A DNA stretch of 64,000 bases from Raillietiella orientalis (lineage: Eukaryota), in contig JAYWIR010000015.1 of assembly GCA_036172245.1 (NCBI GenBank), positions 3,286,001 through 3,350,000 on the forward strand, in the 5' to 3' direction. This document shows positions 1 to 12,949 of the stretch, piece after piece; the first letter of the stretch is position 1; each line of letters starts with the position of its first letter. The position numbers and the translations under genes were made by a program. Below the pieces are notes generated by a model, which worked only from the letters and a program-made list of their open reading frames with translations, ran no database searches and was not told the DNA's origin.

Positions 1-310
1 TTCCGTTCTCCCTGCCGATGGAGGAGGCGAACAGAGAATGCTGGAAATCGAGGAAGGGACTTTTCACTGTGCCTCCCAGCGCTTTTCCTGGTCGTCGCCG
101 GTGATCGTTGAGCACGAGCGGCATGAGAAGTAACAGGATGGCCCCTATCACTCCACATGGTACCTCCAAGAGGAACCTGTGGCGCTCTAGCTGGGATCCA
201 GGAGAATGCTGGTCTTCTCGGGGTCTCAGGAGATCGAATGCACTGAGGAGCTCGAGAGACGCTCTATTGAGAGAGTGGAAAAATGACAAGGACGGAAGAC
301 TTCTCTGAAA
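1..310 (-). mobile_element. Possible degenerate non-LTR retrotransposon RT fragment, truncated by the window edge
   Basis: Minus-strand frames give, in LINE order, FRP (cf. YRPI), LLDPS*SA (cf. LLDPxQxAY) and GGTVKSPFLDFQHSLF (cf. V..FLDFxKAF). Judged by eye only. Confidence 0.3.
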
Positions 311-1834
311 AAAAAGGGAGCTGAAGGAGAGGATGCGAAGAGGATCGAGAAAGGGGGGAAATAGAGATGGAGCGAGGAAAAGGGTAAGATCCCTCCAGAT
401 ACCTGGGACGGATCTTCAGATGGCCGGAGACGATCGTTTCGTGCTACAGGAACGTGGAGACCGTGCGAAATCCTGTGCCGATTAAGCAGAAGGGAGCGAA
501 AGAAGGGAGGAGGTGAGCATGCCTTATCCCCGTCACGTCAAGGGAGAGTTTCCCTGCCACGGGCAAGCACACGTCCCGGTTTAAGAATGAGTCCAGGAAA
601 GGAAAGGAAACCCATGATGGGGACAGGGAACGAGAGGGATCCGAAAATCTCGGCTATCCCTCTCGCTCGAGGGACTTCGAGAGGTGGGTGAGTTTGCTCC
701 TGCCCCCCAGGATGATCGAGGCTTCCCTCAGTGGCTTTTGCGTGCTCCGACGGGAGCACCTCCCCCTCTTTTCCGAACTCCCCTTCGACAGAAAAAAAAA
801 GCAGAAGGACGGGAGGTGGCAGGGGTGTGAACGGGAGGGGGGCAAACGCTGGTCCCCCATCCCCTCTGCGGTGGGGAGCGCCGGAGCCTCCACATCCACT
901 TGGTGTATTCCTCGAGCGATGGCTGAGTCGCGGTCGGTTTCCTTCTTCTCTCGAGTGACACCGCCACCTGAACGGAAGTCCCCAGAGACGTGACCCGTCC
1001 TCCCCCTCCTCTCACTCGCGGAGCTGCCGCCCGCGGGCGCACGAGCCTTCCGGCTTCGGAAAGAACGTCGACGTCTTTCCCCTTTCCTCGGGAACGCGGC
1101 GTCGTTCCGTACGTCGGAGTCGCGATCCCCTTGCGTGCCTCCGCGGGCGAGAGCGTTCCGCCCGCGAACCTCTCATTCGTGATCGAACTCCCCTCTCGGG
1201 CGGGAAGAAGAGACCCCCTTCCCCCTCCGCTGCGGGCTCCGAGCTTGTTCCCTTTATCATCTTCGGGAAGAGTTCCCGAACGCGGGCGTCGATGGTCCTC
1301 GCCATCACTGCTGCCTCCAGCAGTCTTAGGGCCGAGGGGTCCGCTCTCTCCCGGACTCTTCCCTTGCAAGAGAAGAGCGGCAGTCACGGCAGGCTGGGGA
1401 GCGAGGGCGGTGTCCCTGCCTGCTCCGGGGCTCGGGACGGGTGGGGTTGCATGGACGCGCTTTCGGGTGGACGGGCGTTTCCCCCCTCTCGTGTCGTCTC
1501 TCAGGCGCGGCGACGGAGAGTCTCGAGGTGTGCGCTTGAGCAGTATTTCACTCGCCGTCGTCCAGGAAACCGCTCTGGCAGGGGAAGCGGATGGGAGGGA
1601 GGGGGGATCCGTTTTCTCGGGGCCCGGTGCTCTCTGGGAGCCGCCTCTGCTCGGGAACGGGGGGCACGCAACCTCCGAATACCCGTCCCTTCCTCGCGCA
1701 TGAGCGTTCTTGGAGGATTTCCGTCCTCCTCCGTTGCTGCCGGCTGCTGCTACCGCTCCTCTCCTCCCGCTGACTGAAACGCCACCTCTTGAATGGCAAG
1801 CCACGGAGGAGGCGAAAAACCACCACTACAGCAG

Positions 1835-1980
1835 CAACAAAAAACAAAAAGAGAGTTACGGGCGAGGAGGGGGAGAGACTGAGACAGAGAGAGAAAGAGA
1901 AAGAGAGATCCGAAACAACAACAACACAGAAAAAAAAGACGAAAAAAAGAAAAAGAAAGAAAAAAAAAAAGAAAAAAAGG
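1835..1980. repeat. A/GA-rich low-complexity tract
   Basis: Runs such as gagagagaaagagaaagagaga, aacaacaacaac and several A6-A10 tracts. These explain the poly-K/poly-F pseudo-ORFs here. Confidence 0.9.
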
Positions 1981-4900
1981 AGACGCGTGTCGTTTCCGCC
2001 AGATCGATCCACTTCTTGGCAGATAGCATCAGATAGGATTGCATTTCCCATTACCGACTGCCTGGAAGAGATTCCTCCGCGATCGGCCGGAAGTGCGCGT
2101 TTAAATGCTGCGTGCTCATTCCGATGAAAATTGGGAAAAAGTTGACTCGACCTGGAACTGCAACAAAATCGTGATAGATGATCCGCTGAGGGAAGATGAC
2201 GCGATCCATCCTTCATCTGCTGCACGGAGAGAACATAAGAATACATAAATAAATACATAAATACATAAATACGAAAGGGAGAGAGAGAGAGAGATAGAAA
2301 TCGAGATTTGGCGCTCTTTACTAAACGGTGAGGAGCGGCTCCCCACGCGCTCATCAGGGATGGTAGGAGGAGACCTCCGTTCCATATTCTTCGCCTTCCT
2401 GGGAAAGGGAAACGCGGACAGTCGCACGGCGCTGTCGGTTGGAACGCGCGCCATCACCGGAAATGCGGTTTTGTATTTTTTTTTCCTCTCTCTCTCCCTT
2501 GTTAATCGATCGGCAAAATGCGGACCATTGAAATTCATCTCGGAGCTGCTTGTTTGCCTCCTCTGCAGCACATCTGCGTCGCTGTTTCTTCTTGCACAAG
2601 AAGAATGGAAAGGCTTCCAATCCCTTCTATTCTCTCTTCTCAAACGATGTTCCCGTGAAGAGAGGATCTGAATCTGCCATGCTCCTCGGGAAACCGTTTC
2701 CTCCTGGAAGTGTCTGAGGAGTTCCCCTCGGAAGCCATCCGCGGGCACGGCTTCCCGAAGTTCAGTCTATCGACCACTTCTGCTTATTTATTTGCGGTCG
2801 ATGACCTTGAGCATCCGAGTCCACGTCGCCCTCCTAGGCCGTCTCTCGAGCCCTTCTCGGAGCTTCCTCGACCGTCCAACGTGAGCCCGGGTCAACACAC
2901 CTGATCACTTGGACAAAATAGCCTCTCGGGTAGACTGAAAATGCTTTAGCTCTTCGCGGCAACGCATGAATTTGTGCAGCGATTACGGCATCAGGAGCTA
3001 CATCAGCTCCCAGCTCCATAGCTGCAGGGTGCCAGAGGCCGGATGCCACAGTTACCCTGCGTCGTGGTCGCCTGGCATCATAATTGCCAGACACGAAAGC
3101 TGCCAGACACCGTCGTGTGTACACACAAAATGGTCCAGTGTACTGATGCTGCATGGTACCTGCGATTCAGGAGCGAGAGAGTCGTATCGTTGTGAAGGTC
3201 TGGCTCCCTTACGAATAAGCGAGTCTCATCTACTAATGTACTTGTACATAGTAGTTGCACCCGGCAGTGTGCTATTTTCGTATAGACAATGCACGTTTCA
3301 AGTTACAGCAGCTTTCAGTATACTGTTTGAAAACGGATGCAATGCATCCGTTGCATATACCACATTGTTTGCCATAGCAACCCGTGATGAGCATGTGACA
3401 CCTTCTGAAGGTTTCTTTGATGCAGTATCTACAGAATAATGAGAACGATGATCCGTGCATTCATATAAGGTCATACGCATGGGACTACATATGCACACCA
3501 TGCACAAATATTCATCGTTTATGATCTTCCACTGCATACTATTTTCGTACCCAACTCGCGTTCACTATGATGAGTGATAGTGATGATATCCATGCAGTGC
3601 TTTCTTCTAAGTAAGAAGGAAATGCACACATCCGTGGCTTCTAAGAGGTTTGCTTGTTCCTCTGGTCTTCTCCTCTGACGTTTCATTGAGCATTTGGGAA
3701 GCGTACGAAAGATTGCAGCTGAACGCTGAACCAATGGATGTCAAAGAAAACTTCATCCATTACGAAGCAGTCCTCAAGCATCCTAAAATTCCGTTGGTAC
3801 CCGAATGGTTGCAGGCTACCATGTGATATACCATGTAAACTGTGAAACCGTACCACTAAGTGCGTAGTACGCGTACGCGTGATGGGATGCTGCCATAACT
3901 GTATGTCACGTGGTCTAAAATCAGGTCCAGTAAATACACCTATGGATGCGGAAATTTATCACAATCAAGTATATTTATATACAACTGCAAACATTGTACG
4001 GTGGAAATGTGAATAGAGGTGCCCTTCGTGATCACGAGCTACCACGACGGGATGCCTCTCACACTTCACTGACCGTTCCGACAGTTCCGAGTTCCTCACT
4101 CGAGGGTTTTGGAGACCCTCCCTATGAGTCCCCTTCCTGTCTCAAACCGAATCCGCTCCCATCGTCAGCCGATCGCCACCGGCGTGTTTTTCCAAAGTTC
4201 TCAAACTATCTTTCACGCCGTCGTTTTCGGCGAGAGCTTTCCGGGTCTCCGTTGCTGCAGAGACCGGGACGGGAGGGTCACAGGTCACTTTCCCGGTCAT
4301 CCGGCACCTTCTCATGCTCATGGCGTTTCCAAGATACGGCAGAGATGAATTGGCTTCACCGACGCCTTACAGGAGGGAACGAGAATCGAAAGCATCTGGG
4401 AAGAGTTTGGAGTTCAAACTCATGGACCGACAGAGACCGTAGCAGCATCTGTCGATCTCCATCCGTTTCCGGAGGAGGGAGGAGCCTTCCGGCCGGAGAG
4501 CTGACGCATCACCGGTCGCACTGTCCTTGAAATTCAGGGAGCGGTCGTGCAGAAGAATAAGGAAACAGAAAGATGTTCTCGGAAAAACCCCAGATGCCAG
4601 TCCTCCTGAGACGCCTCGGACATGATGTTATACACGTATTCCAGAGGTCTTTTCGAGTTTTCCAATCCAGGACCATTAACTCCAAGATTAAAAACTCCAT
4701 AGCAAGGCACAAGGAGATGCACCCATCAGATTCCTGTCGATTAGGATTTTCATCTGCCAGCGGCAGCCCAAGACCCTGAGGTTTTCCTGCCAAGAGCTTC
4801 CGGAGAGGCTGCCGACCCTGAGGCTGCAGCCCGGATTCTGCCTTTGGTAGAGGGCAAAGAACATGCTTCTTTCTCCTGTGGTCTCACGGCAGCGAAAGTT

Positions 4901-5149
4901 GAGAAGATGCGGAGATGCAGTCCGAGAACCTTTTTCCTGTGGTCATCTTCCGAGTTAGCCTGAAGTTTCTACCAAGAATCAGCCTCGTCACATTGGAAGA
5001 TGCACCTTGACAAAGGCACGGACTCTTCAGCTGTGAATGATGCTATGAGTAAGAGAATAACTAGAAAGGTTAGAACCAAGGCAAAGAGGTAGTCAGGTGT
5101 GTCAGTCAAAGGAACCTGATGTAACCTTATCGCTTATTTCCAATGGAGA

Positions 5150-6050
5150 GCAGGAGAGAAGAAGCAAAAGAGCTCCGCGGCAGCGGAAGAACAGGCGTTC
5201 CTGCTTCCCTCTTCGATGGCAAGGATGCCTTCTCCTTCACCATCGAATGACTGAAAGGGTTCGCCCAGGTTCACATCCGCATGCAGGGAGTCCCGCTCTG
5301 GAGGTGCTTCGCAACGATGTTGCTGCTGAAGCTCCCTCTCCCACGAGAGCTCGCGACAGATCGAAGACCCGTGAGGTGCCACCATCTTCCGTTGCGTAGG
5401 GGATGTCCATCAGCTCTGGCGCTTGCCCGATTGCGCCGCCGGTTCGGTGCCGCGCGGGAAGCGCCGTCTCTCGCACTCCCTTGCCTACGCGGAAGGCGTC
5501 TCCCGCTCTCAAGAACGCGGCGAGCTGCGCGACGCCCCTGCTGCCACCGCCGCATCAGGTGCATCTCGAAGGCCTGCAGCGCGTTGGGCTGCAGAAACAC
5601 TTCCGGTGAAGCCCTGGTTTCTTTCTGCTCGCGATCGGCTGCGGCCGCCCGCCAGCCGACTCTCCGGTCCCCCTGAAGGAGTTCTCCAGCACGCTCCGGC
5701 AATTCCGAGACACACGAACCGAATTCCTGACCTCGAAGCCACGCCACTTCTCGCTTCCTGCGAGACGCTGGGAGGCAGGAGGCGTGCAGGTTCGAAAATC
5801 GTGGCGCCTCGCACTCTTCACGAACGGATCGATCGTCCCCGTAGGTAGAATGTCCTCGCATGTTTCTGTAGGTGTTGTGCGCAATAGGTCCGCGGCAGGC
5901 AGAGAGATCCTGAAGGAAGGGGAAGGGGGAGCCATTTCTCCATGGTCATGCGCCGGGGCAGGCACGCGCTCTCCGCGCGTTCTTTTTGTAAACAAGTCGA
6001 CATTTGAGCACAGGCGCCTGGGCTTCTTCCTCCGCGGGGGCAGGATAGAC
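5150..6050 (-). mobile_element. Degenerate RTE-like LINE ORF2, C-terminal part (GC-shifted)
   Basis: Ordered remnants EFGSCVS..GELLQGDRRVGWRAAAA (cf. YLGS..G..EI.RRIG.A.AA), ECER (cf. GCETW), KHLQSGTPCMRM (cf. LRW.GH..RM) and FDGE (cf. FYGE), with frameshifts between them. Confidence 0.35.
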
Positions 6051-7189
6051 GAGAGGAGCGGTTGGATGCTGGTGCTCTGGGCCCAAGCCCTGGAGGGCAA
6101 CAGCCGCCCAAGTCAGCTTGCGCCGTGCGCCGGAGCGAGCGAAAGTGCCCGGTGGCCGGCTCAGGGACAACGACGGGACCCATGGCTTCGGAATCTGCTC
6201 AGGCGAGCCTCCCGCTCCCCTCCACGCAAAAAAAGGGAGCCGATGGAGGGAGGAACTTTACCAGAAAATTTCCGGGGACAGGTTCCCTGCCTCGCGTCCT
6301 TCTCCTTGCGTGACAGCAGCTCGCCTGTTGCTGAAAGCGGTGCCGCGCCTCCTCCCGAAGCACCGCGCGGACCCTCCAGCCGGGGTTTCCTGGAGGTAGC
6401 CGACCCGGGCTTCCCCACCGCAACCCTCCCTCCCCCTAACTCCGGCCAAGGGCTGCTCCCCTTCCCTTTCGTTAGGACGCATCCCCATGCGACGAGGGAG
6501 TCTGCCTGAGCGATCCTCACACGCGGAGGGACTCAAGCAGCTGGGATGGTTCCGGCCGGGGAACGCTCCCCGGCCGGAGAGTTTCGACGCGGATTCGGGT
6601 CGGGTGCATCCCTGACGGCAGCAGCCGCGGCACCGCCCTCTGCCCTGCACTTCCCCCTCTACCCCAGGAAAAAGCCACCAGCAGGCGCGATCGCACGAAG
6701 CTGCCTCCCGGAGCGCCTTTCCCAGCTGATCGCCTCGCCTGCCGCGCCTTCTTCGCCCGAGTGCGTCTCCCGCCGAACGAGGGGAGCGGCCGTCGAAAAA
6801 TTCCGTTGATCGCCAGGAGAGTTGGGTCGGTGGGCGCGGCGGGTTTGCGGGTGGCTGCCGCGCGAGCGCGCGGAAGCGAGGGGAAGACACCTCGCCTCAA
6901 CGCACCGGGACCCACGAGCTCGTCTTTTGCCCCGAATGGTTGTGTCGGGCAGGAGGAGCAGGGGGCGCGAGCCCTTCCGTAGCAGCAGCCGCACACAAAC
7001 CGGGAATGAAACTTAAAACTCTGAGAAAGATGCGCGTCTAGACGGTTTCAGGACGCATCCTGAGGATCAGCGCCGCGGCAAAAGCTCGCTCTGGAGGGTG
7101 GCGAGCATTCATTTTTGCAATTTCTAAGCGGGCCCCCTTCCCCCCTCCCCAACGCTTTTGCTAATCGGCAAGAATTTTTGCGAGTTTCG

Positions 7190-7340
7190 CGGCCCACAAG
7201 AGTAATTGAATTTAATCAGCCTCCGTACCCATCTTTGGGTACGAAGGCCTCACGAAAGCTCTCGGTGTTCATGAGATCAATAATCTTCCTGACAAGTAAT
7301 GCAGCCATTAAAACTGTCTGCAGCGCAATATTTGCTTTTC
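7190..7340. promoter_or_regulatory. Putative enhancer-like island rich in homeodomain/TALE motifs
   Basis: TAATTG 7203, TTTAATCA 7211, ATCAATAATC 7276, TGACA 7290 and CCATTAAA 7305 fall within ~110 bp, in a region otherwise poor in TA dinucleotides. Confidence 0.35.
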
Positions 7341-9217
7341 GGGAGATGAACTCATCTCGATCCGGCACAATAAGTGAGACGGACGCTCTCATACGGGAAG
7401 CGGAACTCCCAGTTCGATCAAAACGCATTTGGAACGGAATCAAATTTTCGAATTTGTGAAAACGGACCGAATTTCATCCCGGGGGTTCGAACTGCCTTTT
7501 CGTTGCGCGCGCGGGATGGAAGGCTCCACTGTTCCCGAGACAGCAGTCGATTTTTTGAGAACTTAAAATGTGTGTGTGGTGTGGTGTGTGTGTGTTTGGT
7601 GAAGGGCGGATGAGTCATCGGTCGTGCATTTGATCCTCAATGATCCGGAAACCCACCCAATTGGATCCTTCATACTGCGGCATCTGCGTGAGGAGCTGCT
7701 GCGAGCCTCATCTTCTTGCCTGCTGCTGGAGCGGTGCGACCCGACACGCACCTAGCTCGCGCTAGCTCCACCTTTTTCGGGATCTACGCGATCCACGGTC
7801 CCGAGAAAACCGGCAAAGCATCCTGGGAAGGATTTCTTCCCGACGAAGGATGCAACGTCCCGAAAGCACTGGACTGCGCGCTCCAGTACTCCGTCCCTCC
7901 TCATTCCCTCACCCCCTTTCGGGAAAAGCTGACCAGCCTGCAATGGGTTCCGTACCGAAGCGGAAAGACGAGCGAAAGTTCTTTGTACTTCACTTTGAGA
8001 GGTGGAAGTCTCCACGACGACGCTCCGCGCGCAATCTCGAAGCATCCGCGGACGCGGAGCGGTGGGAAGATGAAAGGCGGGCTCGGAGAACTTTCGAGAT
8101 CCTCCTCGCTCCAGAAGACCGTTCCATGACTAAATCACGCGTCCACGAGTTTAAGCCTCGGTGGAGGAGAGAGGTTTCTGCACGCGGCCCGAGAGCAAGA
8201 CGGACCTTCACCAACGACGGCACGGAGGCAGTCCCAAACTTCTTGGTCACATCCCGGGTTGTTCTCCTCGAGCAGAGGGGAAGGAGAGCGCAGAGTCCAT
8301 CCCGTTCTCATCAGCAGTTCCCAGAACTGCGCCGGAAAAATGCATCTGCAGCGAAAGCAAGCCTCGATCTTCTACTACATCCAGGAATAAGACAGATCGC
8401 GGTTTGTCCTTGCGTGGAGGACAAAGAACAATCGCGCCGACGGAGATGAGGAGTCAGTGGCAGAAAAGATGGACTTCTGGATCAGCAGCTCCTTCCCCCC
8501 GCCAACTGCAACGAGGCTGCGAGAGGGCTCATCTGCATAGGATCCGAAGCAAGATTGTTTCAAGAGGAAAATGACGCTACTTACGGAGGGGAGCGGCGCA
8601 CGTTACGGAAGAGGATGTGTCGCTGCAAAAACAGGGATCAGCAGCAGCGAGGAACCAACGAGAAGCCCGAAAAGGAGGGATTCGAACCGACTCGCACCGG
8701 TTGCTGCCAGGTCGGTACTCCGCGGAGGGGAACGCCATTTCCTCCTCTCTCCCTCTTCCTCCTCCTCTTCCTCCTGCGCGCCTTCTTGCACCGGAGAGCG
8801 TCCACACGGATTTCGGGAACATGCACTGCAGGGCAGAGTTCGGTTCCCCGGACGGAAGAGCAAAGCGGAAACCCGGATAGGTTTGGTGCTGACCGCTCAC
8901 CGAGCTTCGGTGTCGATTCAAGCCTGGGGGTGACAGCGGCTGCTTGTTCACTTAAAGTGTTTAATGGTCTGTTTTGTTCACGTGGTACCATTTCCCCATT
9001 GGGCATCGTTTATTGATTGTTTCTGGGTCTGATGCCCTCCATTTCCATGAGATGCGAATCACGAAAAGCTTTAATGAGGAGAACGTAATGTATCTTTTTT
9101 TATTTTGTACACATGTCTATCGGATGGGATGCCTGGGACAGATTGCGGGATACGCTACAGTGGCTCCTTGAGTGAAATATGCATGTGTTTGAAGCAGAAT
9201 GAAAAGCGTTCCCATGG

Positions 9218-9218
<1 letters not shown>

Positions 9219-9252
<34 letters not shown>
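9219..9252. repeat. (AC)17 microsatellite
   Basis: Direct inspection. Confidence 0.95.
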
Positions 9253-9255
<3 letters not shown>

Positions 9256-10479
9256 AGCGGCGCAGTTTTATAGATCACTCAATGGTGCCATCGACTCAGA
9301 GAAAGGATCCTTGATTGGTTCCATGTCTTTACCGGGCATCTTCTAAAAAAAATTCTAGGCGAGGGAAACAAAGAAACAAAGCTGGAAGTTCACCAGAGGA
9401 AGATCAGAGTTTCCTTGAGCAAGCACATCGCAAGGATTGCGGAACAGCAGCACCTGTGGAAGCTCCGAGAAAGTTGCAACCCCCAACAACGGTCGCTCGG
9501 CGTACGTAGCCAGGACTCAACCGCTCCGCACGCAGGGAAATTCCAAACGTGAGAATCCGCGAGGAACTCCCCTCTGACTCGTGGCAGGAGGAAAGCGGGT
9601 CCAACGAGTCTTTCTACGTTTTTCCGGAGCCAGGAAATGAGGGGATCACAGGGTGCATTCTTCGCCAGCTGAACTCATTTTTGCTGCTGGAAAGGACAAT
9701 GGGGAAAAGAATGCATGGCAAAGAAGGCAGGTAAGGTGACCAACTCGCTGACCTCATCTCATCCACGATGACGAAGCACTCGTGAGTCGAATCAGCACCT
9801 CGTAGAAGCCGCCGTAGAAGGAATTTACGGAAGTGATCCAGGAAGGCCATGGTTCAAACAAGCATATTCAGATTCGTCATTTCTGGGGAAGAACTCGTCC
9901 GTGGCAGGTGTTCGAGAGTGAAGGTGTACAGGAGGCGGCGTTGTATGCGGGTACTCCGCGGTTCCAACCCTCAGTCTTCTCTCGACATCAAGGCTGAGTT
10001 TTTGAGCCGCGCATGACTTTTTGTGCTGCGCGGGTTTAAAGGTCAATGGTTTACTGGGAACTCGAATTCTCAGGTAGGATATTTCTGCCGTTTGGAAGGT
10101 GAACGAAAGGTGAGGACCACTGCTTTTTCCGAGTAAATGATAGGAGACGCGTACAAGAAGGGATTTCCAGAGGACAATGAGGCACGTAAGGTGGCTTCGA
10201 ATCCATGGAGACTAAGAAAGGAGAATCAAGAATATAGCGCATAACCCTCACTACGGCTAGGAAGTACTTTGCAATGGGATACGGTAGAGTCTTCCAAGCC
10301 TTCCAAGCCTTCCAAGGCCGAAAGAAGCTCAGCAGGCAGAGTCGGAAAGCTGACTTTCCAAAAGATATCAAGTTCTGTTCCAGGAAACAGCCCTCGTAGG
10401 CCACCGAAAATGTAAAGGGGTTTTTTGGTCCAGAAGGCGCAGCAGCTTAACTAAGCGCTGAATCTCATAATCAGTTTCA

Positions 10480-12116
10480 TTCGGAATCTGCTTGCTCCCA
10501 TGTTAAAACGGGCCAACCCACCACGAAGAGTCCGAGAGCTAAAATCTAAGAGGTCACCTTACATCACCTATGGGAACGTCTTTCAAGGAATGTGGGAAAG
10601 AGGAGCAAAGTGTTTCTTCACATGTTGCGGGCATCATGGAGCTTCCACACCGATGAAGGTATCGCTGCCGGACACCTAACAGAAACTAAAGCTCAAAAGA
10701 CGAAAGCACAAGACAAGTCATTTTCGTCACTGGCGCCATTATAAACCCTAGATTTAGCACTGACGCTGACATGAAAATGGACAGTAGTTTGGATAGGAAT
10801 CTTTTATTTCATCTGGGATGCCGAGAGCAAAATATACAGATGCCAAACGGGCATCAGTAAATTCTTCTCTATCTCAGCCTCTCTGCCAAAACGGGTTCAA
10901 CAGAAATGTGCATTGCTTTTTGTTTCCTTTTATCCCCTCCCATTTACAGATGCGCTCGGCCTCGTGATAAAAAGGTTTTTAAATATCCCTTTTCTCTCAC
11001 AGGAACAGGGATTGCTTCACGCAGGATACTGTTTCTGTCTCAAATCAAGAAGATCAGCAGAAATGGAGGCATTCTACAGAGTCCATTCCAAAATGACATG
11101 TGGCGAAATTCTCGAGTTAAGATTCAGGTCTTTCTCAGCGAAGGGCGCTTCTTTTTGATGTAAAGGCCGTTGAAGCATGAGGCGTGATTGATAATCTCTC
11201 GTTGCTATTTCACTCTGGATTCTCTGCTCTAAGACTGTGCAGACTTTTCGAGATGCAAAGACTTCTCAAGGCGACCTAATTCAAAAACATCTTCCATGAG
11301 GAATTTTCTCAGTCATGAAAAACAAGCAAGGAGTGCAATGGTTGCAAGACGGCACCAAATACCAGGTGTGCTTTAGAACCGGTGCAGTCTCTGTTTCGTG
11401 ATGTCGACAAGCTGATATCTCGAGGAGTAGCCGTTTCTCTGTGAGGAGGCACGTTTTCAGCAGCTGGAATAAAGCAGACGAGGGATGCTTTTGGTACTTC
11501 CGCAGGAGATCTTTGGGAATGTAAAGTTTTCCGATAGTAACTCGAATCACTAAACGGGGTGACTTCTGCTGACCGTCAGGTTCATCTCTCTCAAATAAAA
11601 ATTTGGTCTCAACTGACCAAATTCTGCCGTTGAGCTTTGCTGGATCCTCGGTTTGGAGAATTGGTCCGCTCGATCAAAACCAGGCAACGGAGATGAACCG
11701 ATATCTCTTTTTTTTTGAAACCAAAAATAGAAATTCCAAATGGATGAAGCCTTTTGTTCTTATCCTTGGAACATCACGAACGCTGATGTCTCTGTCCTAG
11801 AAGTAACTTCTATGCAACCGCATCCCAACGGGGACATTTGCTGCACTAGACAACTTGGATTCTTCAGTGTTTCTCATGAGCTAACGGATCAGGAAGCGTT
11901 CTCACTACATGTACACCGAAATCTATCGTATACCTTCTGAGCTTCTGAGGTGGCAACCTTGTCAGTAAGTACATTCTGTTTCCTCGTTCTGGGACGCGGA
12001 TGTAGTGATTAGAACGGAACCGACCTCTTCGCTATGCAATGGTTTCTGGTCCGCTCCTCGTGAACAAATTTCACCAGCAGCCAATGTACCAAAACCATCA
12101 TGCAATTGTAGGACGC

Positions 12117-12156
<40 letters not shown>

Positions 12157-12480
12157 CCATAAACAAATCCAAAGCACAAAGAACTTTGAAGCATGAAGCC
12201 CTTCCATCAAGAAGACTCTTAAGATGAAAGAGAATGTTACTGTCTGTATCTTCATGTTTCTGGAATCAAAGGAAATTTCAACTTGCTCTCTCCCTGTTAC
12301 GACTTTTGGTGATGTAGCGAAACAGAAATGGAAACCCTTCCTGTTTCCGGGAAACGAAAGTTTTTTGTTTTCAATTATTCAGCTGAGGGATATTCAGGAC
12401 AGCGCACAACCAACATGAAACCCGATTTCGGAAACCCATTTGAAGAAGAGGACAAACTTCTCAAGGCTTTGTTCGTTTCT
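10480..12480 (+). mobile_element. Degenerate CR1/L2-like LINE ORF2 (linker plus RT)
   Basis: Ordered remnants NPPRRVRELKSKRSPYIT (cf. AP..R.K...PWIT), IVTRITKRGDFC*PS ~11535 (cf. VTPI.KKGD...P.NYRP), ELTDQEAF..VHRNL (cf. DL.KAFD.V.H..L), AMQWF, and TFGDVA ~12300 (cf. FADDT). Confidence 0.5.
12120..12153. repeat. Poly-A tract (34 nt)
   Basis: Direct inspection; lies inside the inferred LINE RT fossil. Confidence 0.95.
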
Positions 12481-12949
12481 CCAGGCTTTCTCTCTCCACG
12501 AGAAGCTTCGGCTTTCATCATTCGATACTCTTTGTTTACCTTGAAAGAACTGGCTGATCACAGCGTTTGCTTGCTCCACACTAACATCGTAGTGATGGCG
12601 GCTCAGAGATCGTAGCTGCTATCTTAATGTCCGGGGATGTTTACCTGATGTGGCGTTTCGTTTAGGCCCGCAATTCGGAGGAAACTCGTTTGTTCTCAAA
12701 AGGAGCCCTTTGTCAGATCACCCTCCTAAATACTTTCCGTCCTTGCCCATGATCAAAGCACTGCAGAGCATCTTATGAGAAGAAAAATTCATTGCCATTT
12801 ACAGCTTCCTCTCGCAACAACTTTGGCTAGAAAGCGTCCACAACGATCCTAATGTTTCTCACGGCAGTTCGAAATGATAGTTTGCATACCGGGGTCATGT
12901 TCATCACTCATCATCTTTGGAAAAACTCGCTCAAAAGTAATCGATCGGA

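Noticed and set aside
728..1804. Longest ORF (358 aa) and overlapping ORFs in other frames
   Set aside because: R/G/P/S/A-rich and open in several frames at once; explained by high GC and stop-codon scarcity. No domain recognised.
4550..5000. LDWKTRKDLWNTCITS..GIWGF as a LINE tail
   Set aside because: Plausible but with too few supporting motifs to list as a feature.
8678..8688. GGATTCGAACC (reverse-strand tRNA T-loop/B-box)
   Set aside because: The T-stem does not pair and there is no A-box or cloverleaf upstream. At most a SINE remnant.
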